Shown here: in pieces, positions 12,905 through 25,907 of the stretch
How the letters are laid out: each line of letters starts with the position of its first letter
How positions within the stretch are numbered: position 1 is the stretch's first letter
Assembly (NCBI RefSeq): GCF_006345805.1
Contig: NC_042998.1
Span: 16,616,001 to 16,680,000, forward strand
Source: Octopus sinensis
Taxonomy: Eukaryota
Direction of reading: 5' to 3'
Length of the DNA: 64,000 nucleotides
Notes under the pieces: generated by a model
The model's input: the letters and a program-made list of their open reading frames with translations, nothing else
Databases searched by the model: none
Told to the model about the DNA's origin: nothing
Made by a program: the position numbers and the translations under genes

Positions 12905-13247
12905 GTTAAATTCAACTTACGTTGAAACTCAACAAAATTTGCTTTTGAAGCGTTGATATGTATTGGAATCTGAACATAAGGAAATATTTTAATTCTTAAA
13001 CGCAGGATAATGATAATAATATAGCTTGAACAGGATAAACTATCCATACGTTATAGAAAAATCTCTCGGCAGCCAATGTGCTAAAGTGGTAAATCACTTG
13101 ACGCGATATTACATGGATGGGAGTTCGTGTCATATGGCTGGCCGCCGAGAGATTTTTCTGCAAAATATGGATAGTTTAATCAGTTCATGCTCTAGTATTA
13201 GCATTATCCTGCTTTTAAGAATAAAATTATTTCCTTACCTGTATATA
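12905..13247. mobile_element. Family S3 SINE (+, about 13083-13247) preceded by an inverted headless S3 body (-, 12905-13075)
   Basis: gccgagagatttttct...tatggatagttt...attatcctgc..ttaagaat...atttcctta occurs in both orientations around a single tRNA-like head. Confidence 0.7.
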
Positions 13248-13354
13248 ACATTAATAATAATAATAATAATAATAATATGAAGAAGAACAATAATGATGAT
13301 AATAATAATAATAACAACAACAACAACAACAACAATAATAATAATAATAAAATG

Positions 13355-13437
<83 letters not shown>

Positions 13438-13464
13438 AACAACAACAACAACAACAACAACAAC

Positions 13465-14550
13465 AGCAGGAAAAGGAAAATTTAAGCGAATTCCAAATAC
13501 AACAAATTCTAGAATTAGACTTATTAAAAACAAGCACAGCAAAAGCTAAGCGTATGAAAACCCATGCTAAAACTGTTGCGCTAGATATTCTTATTGGTGA
13601 ATGTGAAGAGAAACCTCTCAATGACAAATACTCAAAGAGAGCTAATACTGACGATGTTGACAAAGCTCTTACCCATCAATGACTGAAAATCTGAAACAGA
13701 AGAGTTTATCATAGCAGCCTAAAACCAATGCCTACCTATGAGAAACTACCAAGGCAACATACTAAAGAACGACAGCTTCCCAACATGTCGTGTATGCAAC
13801 AACAAAATGAAACCATTGATCATGTTGTATCCATGTGCAGTCTTCTTGCGGCGCCTACAGATTACCTCAACAGGCATGATAGAGCTGCACAATATATTCA
13901 CTGGGTAATATGCAAAAACCTGGACATACCATATGATAAAAAACTGGTGGGGACCCAAACCACCTCCAGTGCTTGAAAATGATCACGTCTCACTCCATAG
14001 GAACTTCACCATTTAAACTGACTGAACCAGGGATGCGAATAAGCCAGACATAATTATATGGAAAGACTTCAGACAAAGATCTTTTCGCCTCATTGATACG
14101 ACTGTCCCAATCGACAGAAATGTATCTGTCAAATCCTACCAAATACTGAGCAAGTATAAAGATCTTGAAATAAAACTTAGCAAGATGTGGAACCTCAAGA
14201 CTAGAACAAAACTTGTCATAGGTGCCCTAGGAATGATAGCAAAAGGGAGATGAATGCTAGCTATCACAGATACCAGGAAACCCCAAAATGGCAGAAATTC
14301 AAAATATATTGCTCGTGGGAACTGCCCATATCCAACGTAAAATACTGTGTATGTAATCTCAAATTTTCAAACAAACTCGTAATTTTCTTAGGTTTTCTTA
14401 AACATTCTCTAGAACATTACTATGTACAAACCAAATAGATGACACCCTAGATATAACACCAGAAAGAACTGCTAACTTTTCTTTTCAGGTCTCTGGGTGA
14501 TACTTGGAGCCAACTTGTACAAATACAAAGCAAAAGTCGAACATAGAAAA
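13465..14550 (+). pseudogene. R4/Dong-type LINE 3' fragment (copy 2)
   Basis: KAKRMKTHAKT..., ETIDHVVSMCSLLAAPTDYLNRHDRA, endonuclease region and 3' UTR; (AAT/AAC)n on both sides; same subfamily as 61520-62805. Confidence 0.85.
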
Positions 14551-14560
14551 CAACAACAAC

Positions 14561-14616
<56 letters not shown>

Positions 14617-14697
14617 CAACAACAGCATCAGCAACAACAACAGCAACAACAACAATAATAATAATAATATTACTACTAATAATAATAATAATAATAG

Positions 14698-14730
<33 letters not shown>

Positions 14731-14769
14731 CAACAACAACAACAATAATAATAATAATAACAACCAAAA

Positions 14770-15520
14770 TATTTACCAAAAACTACCAGGCTAACATTCT
14801 TCAACACAGTTCTGACATTAAATGCAGATTCTGCAACACATCTTATGAAACAATAGACCATCTCATCTCGGGATGTCCTGTGCTGACACAAAGCGGATGA
14901 AATAATCGCCATGATGGGTTAGGACAGTCTTTACATTGGAAAATATGTAAACACTACAAGACCAACACTCCTGTTTACATGTATGAACATCATCCTGAGC
15001 CAATCGTTCAAGATAAAATTTTAAAATCATCTGGGATTTTCCAATCAACACCGACATGCTAATCTACCATACATAGACATTAAAGACACAGAAGAAATTA
15101 CTTGTAGCCTAATACATGTAAGTGTTCCCACTGATAAAAGTACATATGTAAAGGAATTTTACAATTAAATAACGCAAGTACCTGCAAATTGAAATTCGAA
15201 AGATGTGGCGTTTTAAATCGAGAAGTTTCTGCTTTGCAGGTGCCCTATGTTTGATAAAACAAGGGATATCAGAAACATCTAGATAACAAACCAGGAGAAC
15301 TATGTCTCAGAAAATTCCAAAAGATTCTGCTGACAAATACTACCCACATCCATAGAAAATCCCTTCCAATTTAAATGTCTGTGTTGTATCACATGACGAT
15401 ATCTCACCACTAATTCTACCACTTCCTCTCCTTCATACCGTAATATCACTTAATCTTCACTCGCCCTAGGACACCGTATCTGTCTCGGTAAGTGATTCTA
15501 AATATATGTAGATGGAGATT
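14770..15520 (+). pseudogene. R4/Dong-type LINE 3' fragment (copy 3)
   Basis: NYQANIL...CRFCNTSYETIDHLISGCPVL zinc knuckle, decayed endonuclease; ends in (TAA)n. Confidence 0.8.
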
Positions 15521-15534
15521 AAATAATAATGATG

Positions 15535-15583
<49 letters not shown>

Positions 15584-15636
15584 TAATAAAAATAATATCA
15601 ACAGCAACAACAACAACAACAACAATAATAATAATG

Positions 15637-15760
<124 letters not shown>

Positions 15761-15761
15761 T

Positions 15762-17718
15762 AATAACCTGTCTCCCTACAATATACAAGGCACTTACTGC
15801 AGTGATATCGCAAAGGTTGAACAAGCACCTGGACGAAAACAACCTGTTCCCAGAAGAGCAGAAAGGATGCCGCAAAGGCTCATATGGCTGTAAAGATCAA
15901 CTAATGATTAATAAAGCCATAACTGAAGACATCCACAGAAAGAAGAAAGGCCTCAGTATGGCCTGGATCGATTACAAAAAGGCGTTTGATAGCATCCCCC
16001 ACACATGGATCCTCGAAACACTAGCCATTAACAAAGTAGCACCAACCCTTATAAAATTCATGGGGCACTCTATGAATAAATGGCAAACCGTGCTACAGCT
16101 CGAAACAAAAGAGGGACTCATGAAAACCAAAGACATCCCCATTAGAAGAGGAATATTCCAGGGAGACACTCTCTCTCCACTCCTTTTCTGCTTTGCACTG
16201 TCACCTCTATCTGATATGCTAAATAGAACTGGATGCGGATATAAATGTTACAGCAAAACGATCAGCCACCTTTTATATATGGATGACCTAAAACTATACG
16301 CTGCAAATGACAAACAGCTGGAAACACTATTAAAGACAGTTCATGGATTTACCAAAGAAATAGAAATTAAATTTGGATTAGAAAAATGCGCCAAAGTAAC
16401 CATGAACAGAGGAAAACTAGTTAAGAGTAGTAATATCACACTAGATAAAACCAATGAATTAAAAGAATTAGACCAAAGTCAAACTTACAAATACTTAGGA
16501 ATCCATGAACTAGATAAGACACAACACACACAAATGAAAGAGAAAATAAAAAAAGAATATTATAGACGAGTTAGATCAATACTAAAAACAGAGCTCAATG
16601 CTAAAAACAAGATAATAGGTATTAACACTTTAGCTGTCCCAGTTATAAGTTACAGCTACAATATCCTTAACTGGACACTAAATAAACAGACAAAAATAGA
16701 TAGGAAAACAAGAAAAATAATGACAGGATCTAGGATGCATCACCCAAAATCCGACATAGAAAGACTATATATACAACGTATAGAAGGTGGTAGACGCCTT
16801 ATACAGCTGGAAAAATACTATAAAATAACCACCATAGGACTGCAAAAATATTTACTTCAGAAGGAAGGAAAACTGATACAAATAGTGGCAAAACACGAGC
16901 AAAACAAAAAACTGTCCTCAGTATTTAAGGAAGCTGACAAATACAAACAAGAAATCATACCACCTAATAAATATGAAAAAGAAGAAGAAGAAGAAGAAGA
17001 AGAAGAAGAAGAAGAAGAAGAAGAAGAAGAAGAAGAAGAAGAAGAAGAAGAAGAAGAAGAAAAGAAGAAGAAGAAGAAGAAGAAAATGAAGAAACAACAA
17101 AAGCTATAAAACAAATGAAATCCAAACTAAAAACAGAACAGCAACGAACTATGATAAAACGATGGCAAGAAAAACCCCTTCATGGTAAATACTGGACTAA
17201 ACTAAATGCAAAAGAAATAGACAAAGAAAAATCCAAGCAATGGTTGAGAAGCTCAGGACTCAAAGCAGAGACAGAGGGATTTTTAATTGCAGCACAAGAC
17301 CAAAGCCTCCCCCACCAGAAATTACCAAAAACATGTAATGAAAAGAAATATAACAAGTAACTGCAGAATATGTGGAGATGGACAAAAAACAATAAATCAT
17401 ATTATCTCTGGCTGCCCAGTCCTAGCTAAGAAGGAATATATTCACAGACATGACAGAGTGGGAACCTACATACACTGGAAGCTATGCCAACATTATGGAA
17501 TAACAACAGAAAAAAGGTGGTATAGGCACACACCAGTAAAGGTCACAGAAAACGAGAAAGCAACCATACTCTGGGATATGCACTACTAGGCACTGCACAC
17601 ATCCTACGCAGAACACTTTCCATACAATAACCATCAGAGCATCTCAACAAATCACAGCACGTACCTAAGGCACACGGTAGTGAAGTGAAAGCACGCTATA
17701 AAAGTAAAATTACTGAAT
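15762..17718 (+). pseudogene. R4/Dong-type LINE, 5'-truncated (copy 4), RT intact to about 17100
   Basis: RT motifs CLPTIYK, AWIDYKKAFDS, RGIFQGDTLSP, LLYMDDLK; CRICG knuckle; expanded (GAA)n at about 16978-17085; about 300-bp internal deletion at 17580; (TAA)n on both sides. Confidence 0.95.
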
Positions 17719-17719
17719 G

Positions 17720-17782
<63 letters not shown>

Positions 17783-18467
17783 GAAATGATGATGAAGATG
17801 ATGATGATGATGATAATGATGATGATGATGATGACTATAATAACAACATCAACAACAACAACAATAACAATGTTTTAAAAGGATTCACGTAACTACTCGT
17901 CACAAATTTACAAAGGCAAAACGAAGATTGCGGTGCGATTGCAATGGATGTTTTATTGGTTGAACGATACTTCGACAGCTAACCAGTCTTTGTCGAGTTT
18001 AAAATGAAAACTGATACATAGGAATTCGAAATTATAGAAATTCAACTACAAAATTTGAACGAGGCAAACAACGGTTCGAGATTGATAGAATGATATCATC
18101 AGCCTTCAATTTTCAACTTTACAACTGGCAAAAAGAAAAAGAAATGGCAAAAATGATACGAAAAAGAATATATAATCAAACAGTTTTCTGTAATAAATGT
18201 AATATATGACTCGGCGACTAGATCGGCAAATAATTTCTACATAAGCTGCAAACGGTATATCGGCCTGTAATTGTCTATCGTATTGCCTGTTGCAATGTTT
18301 TTTTACGCACAGCATTGTCAACTACTTTGGTGTTACTTAATCGGCATTTGACAAGGTGTTGGGTTGTGCAGCTATTCGTGCATAGCATTCGCCAAATCTC
18401 TTGATCCAGTAGCCTTGAGTTCGAACTTTTGCGCACAGGGGTCCAAGTCCCCTCCTCTCTTTATTTG

Positions 18468-18565
18468 ACACCTACTTCCTCTCTTCACTCCTACCCACCT
18501 TTCCTCTCCTCTCTTTCTCTGGCACCTGCTTCCTCTCTTTCTCTGGCACCTGCTTCCTCTCTTCC
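18468..18565. repeat. 24-bp pyrimidine-rich minisatellite (ctctttctctggcacctgcttcct, about 3 units)
   Basis: Direct reading. Confidence 0.8.
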
Positions 18566-18830
18566 CACTAACACACAAACACCCCCACTCCCAACTCATA
18601 TCCCACTCCCATATATGCCACCCCTTTCCAACACCTTTCTCACTTTCCCGAAGGACAAACTAATACAACTACTTGGTGTACATACATTTGTCTTCGTCTT
18701 GTCTCAAAATTTCAACTTTGTATAATGCGTCTATTTACTTGCATTCTGAGACATGCGTGCATTAATATAAATGGTTGTGTATGCGTGTGACTATTTGTAT
18801 GTAAATATATATATATATATATATATATAC

Positions 18831-18975
18831 ATAGGGAGAGTTTACGAAAAAAAAAGGACGAAGAGAGGTGTTGTACAAAACAAACAGATGTATTAGTATA
18901 ACGCTCAGGAATAGAAAAAAGTATTTTACTTTTCGAGCTTACGCTTTTCTACAGAAAGGGACACAGAAAAAACAA

Positions 18976-18978
<3 letters not shown>
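18831..18978 (-). mobile_element. Short element between two (TA)n arrays, with a degenerate hammerhead-like motif
   Basis: Minus strand cttt-CTGTAGA-a-aagc-gtaa-gctc-GAA-aagt-A-aaat (18923-18958): hammerhead-like topology, but with a non-canonical core and mismatched stems. Confidence 0.4.
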
Positions 18979-19033
<55 letters not shown>

Positions 19034-19035
<2 letters not shown>

Positions 19036-19806
19036 TATATATAAGGGCTTAGTAAAATAAATTACTTTGCCACATACTGAACTCATTAGAAATAGCAGCT
19101 AAAGGAATTTCTTTAGCTATTTCTAATACTTAAAGAAATCTCTCTCAGATAGTGCTTGCTCAAACCAACTCACAAAGGTATGGGGGAAAAAACATTAACA
19201 AATCAAGTGCAAAGGTTATTTGAGAACGTACGTTTCTAGATTAGTCAAATCGACATTTCTTTCGTCAGCTCAGAACTCCTTGATTCGGATTTGGGAACAC
19301 TGAAAGTGGGAGCATACCCTATTGGCTTCTTATCACCTCTAGATCTCCGCTCGAACTAAAAGTGCTATCAAATTCAAATGTGCAAGCGAAGAATTTCTGC
19401 TCTCCCCTTTCCACCAGCGTGGGTTAAGATTGACAAACACTATGTTTTATCGGTGAAAACCGACGCATTAAACAGAGAGAAATGAATTATAATTTCAACA
19501 ATTGAGGGTAAAATTAATTAATTATTAATCAATTTCACCAAGTATTCAGTATGTAAAGGGACCATTTTAGGCGAATTCAAAATATTACATTATATATAAG
19601 GCTTAGTAAAATAAATTACTTTGCCACATACTGAACTCATTAGAAATAGCAGCTAAAGGAATTTCTTTAGCTATTTCTAATACTTAAAGAAAATCTCTAA
19701 GCCCTTATATATAATGTAATATTTTGAATTCGCCTAAAATGGTCCCTTTACATACTGAATACTTGGTGAAATTGATTAATAATTAATTAATTTTACCCTC
19801 AATTGT
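19034..19806 (-). mobile_element. Hammerhead-bearing non-autonomous retroelement (PLE/retrozyme-like): 555-bp monomer, partial tandem plus inverted segment
   Basis: 19034-19144 is repeated at 19589-19698; about 19497-19606 is inverted at about 19697-19806; (TA)n on both sides; related to 33033-33487. Confidence 0.75.
19221..19272 (-). ncRNA. Type I hammerhead ribozyme fold
   Basis: Minus strand TGAG-CTGACGA-aaga-aat-gtc-gattt-gac-taa-tcta-GAA-ACGTACGT-T-CTCA: intact core, palindromic stem III, one mismatch at the base of stem II. Confidence 0.65.
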
Positions 19807-20535
19807 TGTATATATATATGTATATATATCCACGCACGTGTGTGAACATCGTCCCGGATGTACCATAAACTGGATCAACACGAACAGTTTTAGTCTGCAC
19901 ATTCAATGCTATAGAAACACAATGCTGTAAATAAAAAATAGCAAAACCAAAATAAGAGAAGAAAATCAGAACACACACATTGTTGTCCATGATTGGATTG
20001 TGAAAAACAACACACTAATACGAAGCCATTGATAATAGTAATTTTAATCATTTTCATAATAACAGCATTAATAACAGAAGCAAACGTAAATGTAATTAGC
20101 TTCCTCATACTCCTCAACATTGGCATAATTACTGATATTAGCAGTAAGATTAATATATTTACTACATGTGTTATTTCTAATTGCTTAATAATAGACTGAC
20201 TATCGAAGTCCGCGAAGGTTAGCAAAATTTAAATTAACACAATGTCCATAGATTCATTATTGGTGAAACTAATGGAAATAGCAGCAAGAACAGCAATAGC
20301 AACAACGATAATAATTGGGAGCAATGCAGTGAAATACCCCAAAATACTTTGTAAGTGGCCATCCTACTGGCTTCATATTGAGCATTTATCTCAGGGAACA
20401 TGCCACTACCTATAGCAAGATGCTCAGTTTTTGAGTAGATATCAATTATGTTGTACTATTCAAGAAAAGATTAATAACTCGATATATGTTCAGTTCTATA
20501 TTTAATAGATGAGGAATAATTTACATTAATTACAT

Positions 20536-20954
20536 AGGCGCAGGAGTGGCTGTGTGGTAAGTAGCTTGCTAACCAACCACATGGTTCCGGGTTCAGTCCC
20601 ACTGCGTGGCATCTTGGGCAAGTGTCTTCTGCTATAGCCCCGGGCCGACCAATGCCTTGTGAGTGGATTTGGTAGACGGATACTGAAAGAAGGCTGTCGT
20701 ATATATGTATATATATGTATATATATATGTGTATGTGTGTGTGTTTTTGTGTGTGTGTTTGACCCCTAGCATTGCTTGACAACCGATACTGGTCTGTTTA
20801 CGTCCCCGTCACTTAGCGGTTCGGCAAAAGAGACCGATAGAATAAGTACTGGGCTTACAAAGAATAAGTCCCGGGGTCGAGTTGCTCGACTAAAGGCGGT
20901 GCTCCAGCATGGCCGCAGTCAAATGACTGAAACAAGTAAAAGAGAGAGAGAGAG
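20536..20954 (+). mobile_element. tRNA-derived SINE, family S2
   Basis: aggcgcaggagtggctgtgtggtaagtagc...ggttccgggttcagtccc; same family as 11285 and 36896. Confidence 0.9.
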
Positions 20955-20964
20955 TATTTACATC

Positions 20965-21030
20965 ATTAACATTCGACGGGATACTAACCCCAAGATTCCT
21001 AGTTCGATTCCGAGCAGTGACCTGAACACT
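20965..21030 (+). mobile_element. Short tRNA-derived SINE, family S4 (partial)
   Basis: actaaccccaagattcctagttcgattccgagcagtgacctgaa followed by (AAT)n; matches 49470-49546. Confidence 0.6.
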
Positions 21031-21069
21031 AATAATAATAATAATGATAATACTGATACTAATAATGAA

Positions 21070-21143
<74 letters not shown>

Positions 21144-21169
21144 TAATAATAATAAAAATAATAATAATA

Positions 21170-23865
21170 AAAAGATTTGCCGGAGATAAAAGAAAAGCTG
21201 AAGCAAGATATCCTTGCCAAAGCTCAAAGGATCCGCCGGTACGAGAAACGCCAACGCTTCTTTGAACAGAACAAAATGTTCAACTCCGACCCCAAAACGT
21301 TCTACCAAGAACTGGGCAAAACTAAAATAGAAGTTACTGCAGCACCAACGGCAGAAGAATTGGAAGAATTCTGGAAAGAAATATGGTCGGCGAACGAACA
21401 GCCAAAAAAAAGGAGTATGAAAATAACAAACTCGGCATCTGAACAACTTTGGACCCCCATAACAACTGAAGAGGTCACCCAGGCACTGCAAAAACTAAGC
21501 AACTGGAAGGCACCTGGGCATGACAAGATCCCCAACTTCTGGTTGAAATATCTAACAGGAATGCACAAAAAGCTGGCTGAAAACATTAACAGCATACTAG
21601 CAGAGCCAGAGACAATGACTGAATGGCTCACGGAGGGGAAAACCATCTTAATTCCCAAATCAAATGAAACAACAAAACCAGAAAACTACAGACCAATAAC
21701 CTGCCTCCCTACTATGTTCAAGGCATTTACTGCAGTGATATCGCAAAGGCTGAACAAGCACCTGGACGAAAACAAACTGTTCCCAGAAGAGCAGAAAGGA
21801 TGCCGCAAGGTCTCATATGGCTGTAAAGATCAACTAATGATTAATAAAGCCGTAACTGAAGACAGCCACAGAAAGAAGAAAGGCCTCAGTATGGCCTGGA
21901 TTGACTACAAAAAGGCGTTTGATAGCATCCCCCACACATGGATCCTCGAAACACTAGTCATTAATAAAGTAGCACCAACAATCATAAAATTCATAGAGCA
22001 CTCTATGAATAAATGGCAAACAGTCCTACACCTCCAAACAAAAGAGGGACTCATGAAAACCAAAGACATCCCCATTAGAAGAGGAATATTCCAGGGAGAC
22101 ACGCTCTCTCCACTCTTTTTCTGCTTGGCACTGTCACCTCTATCTGATATGCTAAATAGAACTGGATGCGGATATAAATATTACGGCAAAACGATCAGCC
22201 ACCTTTTATATATGGATGACCTAAAACTATACGCTGCAAATGACAAACAGCTGGAAACACTATTAAAGACAGTTCATGGATTTACCAAAGAAATAGATAT
22301 GAAATTTGGATTAGAAAAATGCGCCAAAGTAACCATGAAAAGAGGAAAACTAGTTAAGAGTAACAACATCACACTAGATAAAAAACAATGAAATAAAAGA
22401 ATTAGACCAAAGCCAAACTTACAAATACTTAGGAATCCATGAACTAGATAAGACACAACACACACAAATGAAAGAGAAAATAAAAAAAGAATATTATAGA
22501 CGAGTTAGATCAATACAAAAAACAGAGCTCAATGCTAAAAACAAGATAATATGTATCAACACTTTAGCTGTCCCAGTTATAAGTTACAGCTACAATATCC
22601 TTAACTGGACACGAAATGAACTGTCCAAAATAGATAGGAAAACAAGAAAAATACTGACAGGATCTAGGATGCATCACCCAAAATCTGACATAGAAAGACT
22701 ATATATACAATGTAAAGAAGGTGGTAGAGGCCTTATACAGCTGGAAAACTACTATAAAATAACCACCATAGGACTGCAAAAATACCTACTTCAGAAGGAA
22801 GGAAAACTGATCCAGATAGCAGCAAAACACGAGCAAAACAAAAAACTGTTCTCAGTATTTAAGGAAGCTGACAAATACAAACAAGAAATCATACCACCTA
22901 ATAAACACAAAGAAGAAGAAGAAGATGATGAAGAAACAACAAAAGCTATAAAACAAATGAAATCCAAACTAAAATAGAACAGCAACGAGCCATGATAAAA
23001 CGATCGCAAGAAAAACCCCTTCATGGTAAATACTGCACTAAACTAAACGCAAAAGAAATAGACAAAGAAAAATCCCAGCAATGGTTGAGAAGCTCAGGAC
23101 TCAAAGCAGAAACAGAGGGATTTTTAATTGCAGCACAAGACCAAAGCCTCCCCACCAGAAATTACCAAAAACATGTAATGAAAAGAAATATTACAAGTAA
23201 CTGCAGAATATGTGGAGATGGACAAGAAACAATAAATCATATTATCTCTAGCTGCCCAGTCCTGGCTAAGAAGGAATATATTCACAGACATGACAGAGTT
23301 GGAACCAACATACATTGGAAGCTATGCCAACATTATGGAATAACAACAGAAAAAAGATGGTATAGGCACACACCAGAAAAGGTCACAGAAAACGAGAAAG
23401 CAACCATACTCTGGGATATGCCGATACACACAGATAGAGAAATTAAGGCCAACAGACCAGATATAGCTGTCAGAGATCACGAAGAAAAAAATGCTTTCTA
23501 ATTGATGTATCAATACCGGCAGATGACAACGTGTCTCTAAAAGAAATGGAGAAACTCTCAAAATACAAAGACCTGGAAATAGAGGTAACTAGAATGTGGA
23601 ACCTGAAAACAGAAACAATTCCTATCATAGTAGGTGCCTTAGGCATGATAAAAAAAATATTCAGACAAATACATAACAAAAACACCAGGACTTACAAACA
23701 CATATAACATACAGAAAATGGCACTACTAGGCACTGCACACATCCTACGCAGAACACTTTCCATACAATAACCATCAGAGCATCACAACAAATCACAGCA
23801 CATACCCAAGGCACACAGAGCTGCGCTCGGTAGTGAAGTGAAAGCACGCTATAAAAATAAAACTA

Positions 23866-23870
<5 letters not shown>
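21170..23870 (+). pseudogene. R4/Dong-type LINE, longest copy (copy 5): RT, CCHC knuckle and restriction-like endonuclease
   Basis: ORFs 21177-22391, 22468-22977 and 22992-23501 are one reading frame broken by a poly-A frameshift, a stop and a second frameshift. WKAPGHDKI, YRPITCLP, YMDD, CRICG, NRPDI...LIDVS motifs; ends actactg(AAT)n. Confidence 0.95.
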
Positions 23871-23906
<36 letters not shown>

Positions 23907-23908
<2 letters not shown>

Positions 23909-24060
23909 TTGAAAAATACCTTAGGAATGAGAACCCATGTTCGAAATTTCCCCAAGACACCAGAAGAAAGCTGGAGAGTATATCAGCAGAAACGTTGTGT
24001 TAACAAGGAACAAAATGAGGAAGACATATCCTTCGAATGTAAATAATGTAAATAATGTGC
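23907..24060 (+). mobile_element. About 150-bp hammerhead-type element, degenerate core
   Basis: Homologous to 49195-49358; gacac-CAGAAGA-a-agctg...cagca-GAA-ACGT-T-gtgtt at 23956-24001; starts right after (TAA)n. Confidence 0.7.
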
Positions 24061-24309
24061 TCAATTTAGTTAATCATTAATGTTAGATGAAGCGTAAGGA
24101 CGCAGAAATACTGGCGCTTTATGTTCCGATCATGTTATTCACGGCACAATGATGTTTTCACGTCTCCTCCTTGAAGAGAATTTTCCTTCGAATATTGTCT
24201 AGAGAGAAATGTGTTTCCACTCCCGATAGTCTTACAGGGTTATACACATGTTTGCATTCATACACATACACGCACATAGATGTAGGAATAGTTGTATGTA
24301 CGGTAGGTG

Positions 24310-24346
<37 letters not shown>

Positions 24347-24429
24347 TACACACACTTAAAAGAGTAAAATATTCTTTTTACATTTCCAACTAATTTTTAT
24401 TAATTTGAATGAACACTTAACCATTTTAT

Positions 24430-24475
<46 letters not shown>

Positions 24476-24479
<4 letters not shown>

Positions 24480-25072
24480 CAAAATTAAGAGGAATGACCA
24501 CCAAAGTGGACTCATAATATGCTAGATATAGACGTAAAATCGCCAAACCACGAAGAGTGTGTTCCCAAGAAAAAAATTTCTCCACAACGCCAGAATGTAC
24601 AAATGAGCAAGACAAATGAAAATATACGAAAGAAAAAACGATTACCTACGTACCAATGATTTCGCTTGTTAATATTTACGCATGTAAATATCTGCAGGCT
24701 AATCAGTGTAGTCTGCCATTTACAAAACATGAAGACATTTGAAAAATACGCCAAATATAATTTGTAAAACTCTATACATGCTCTCTTTCGGGTGAGTGCT
24801 CTGTGTCTAGTTCTGGAAGTTATGTTTTATGAACGACAGACTACGCTGATGAGCCTGCAGATATTTACATGCCTAAATGTTAACAAGCGGAACCATTGGT
24901 ACGTAGGTAATTGTTTTATATTTCGCATATTTTCATTTGTCTTGTTCATGTTAACAATTTTTTTGCTAATTTTTTTTTCTTGAGAACACACTATACGTGG
25001 TTAGGCAATTTGACGTCTATGTCTAGCATATTAGGAGTCCACTTTGTTGGTCATTCCTCATAATTTTGTATG
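24476..25072. mobile_element. Foldback-type MITE with about 260-bp inverted repeats
   Basis: catacaaaattaagaggaatgaccaccaaagtggactc... mirrored by ...gagtccactttgttggtcattcctcataattttgtatg; arms roughly 85% identical by eye; TA flanks. Confidence 0.8.
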
Positions 25073-25161
25073 TAATATAATTTCTAATCTTCGGATTTAA
25101 AAAAAAAAAAAAGCTAAGCGACTGGTTTTACTTGATTAATATCAAATTCTACCCTCAAAAT

Positions 25162-25236
<75 letters not shown>

Positions 25237-25239
<3 letters not shown>

Positions 25240-25907
25240 GTTGCGGTGAATGAAGAATCGTCTTAATTGCGAAAAAATGTAAATAATACTTACATCTCAT
25301 TTTAAAATACCAACATTTTATTAAAATGTCTTGTAAAACTAAAGAGTACATTTATTCAATAAATTCGTCATTGGCTTGAACCACGGCCTCAATACGACTT
25401 CAGAATCTCCTATAGCACTTCGTAACGGTCTCCTTCCTTAAGTTGATGAATGCTACCTTAATCATTTCATTCACCTCTTCTTTGGTGCTACAAGGAGTTT
25501 TGTTGGTCGCTCGCTCATCTGTGCTCCACATATAAAAATGAAATGAGTTTCAATCTTGGGAGTTAGGTGGCCAGATATTTGGGTGGAGCGGTCACAAAAA
25601 TTGTCTGACAGCCATAACAAGGTCCTGTTGGCAAAGGGTCTTCCCACAACTGCCCTCTCGACCCAAGACAGCACTACCTCTCACAGTTACTTGACGTATG
25701 CGTGCGTGTTGAGTGTGAGGCTGTGATCACCCTAAGGACCATGATGTTCATCGGATTTTTGATTTTTATCACTCACGGTACATGTTCGTAGTGGTACAAG
25801 TTCGTATTGGAGCGAATGCCAAGAAGTATAGCATTTGTTTCAACAAATTTCTAAAAAGGGCGTGGTTTTTATTACCAATTTTTAAGACCTTATTTTCATC
25901 CACCCTG
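25237..25907 (-). mobile_element. Tc1/mariner (maT/DD37D-like) internally deleted derivative
   Basis: TA|CAGG... and ...CCTG|TA termini; the minus strand encodes IWPPNSQD and ATNKTPCSTKEE...RIEAVVQANDEFIE, a transposase C-terminus. Confidence 0.8.

Noticed and set aside
13640-13700. CTGACGA...GAAA inside a Dong LINE (similar matches at 15924, 21474 and 39844)
   Set aside because: Lies in protein-coding relic sequence and lacks stems; chance matches.
24843-24900. CTGATGA inside the foldback MITE
   Set aside because: No downstream GAAA or closing stems.
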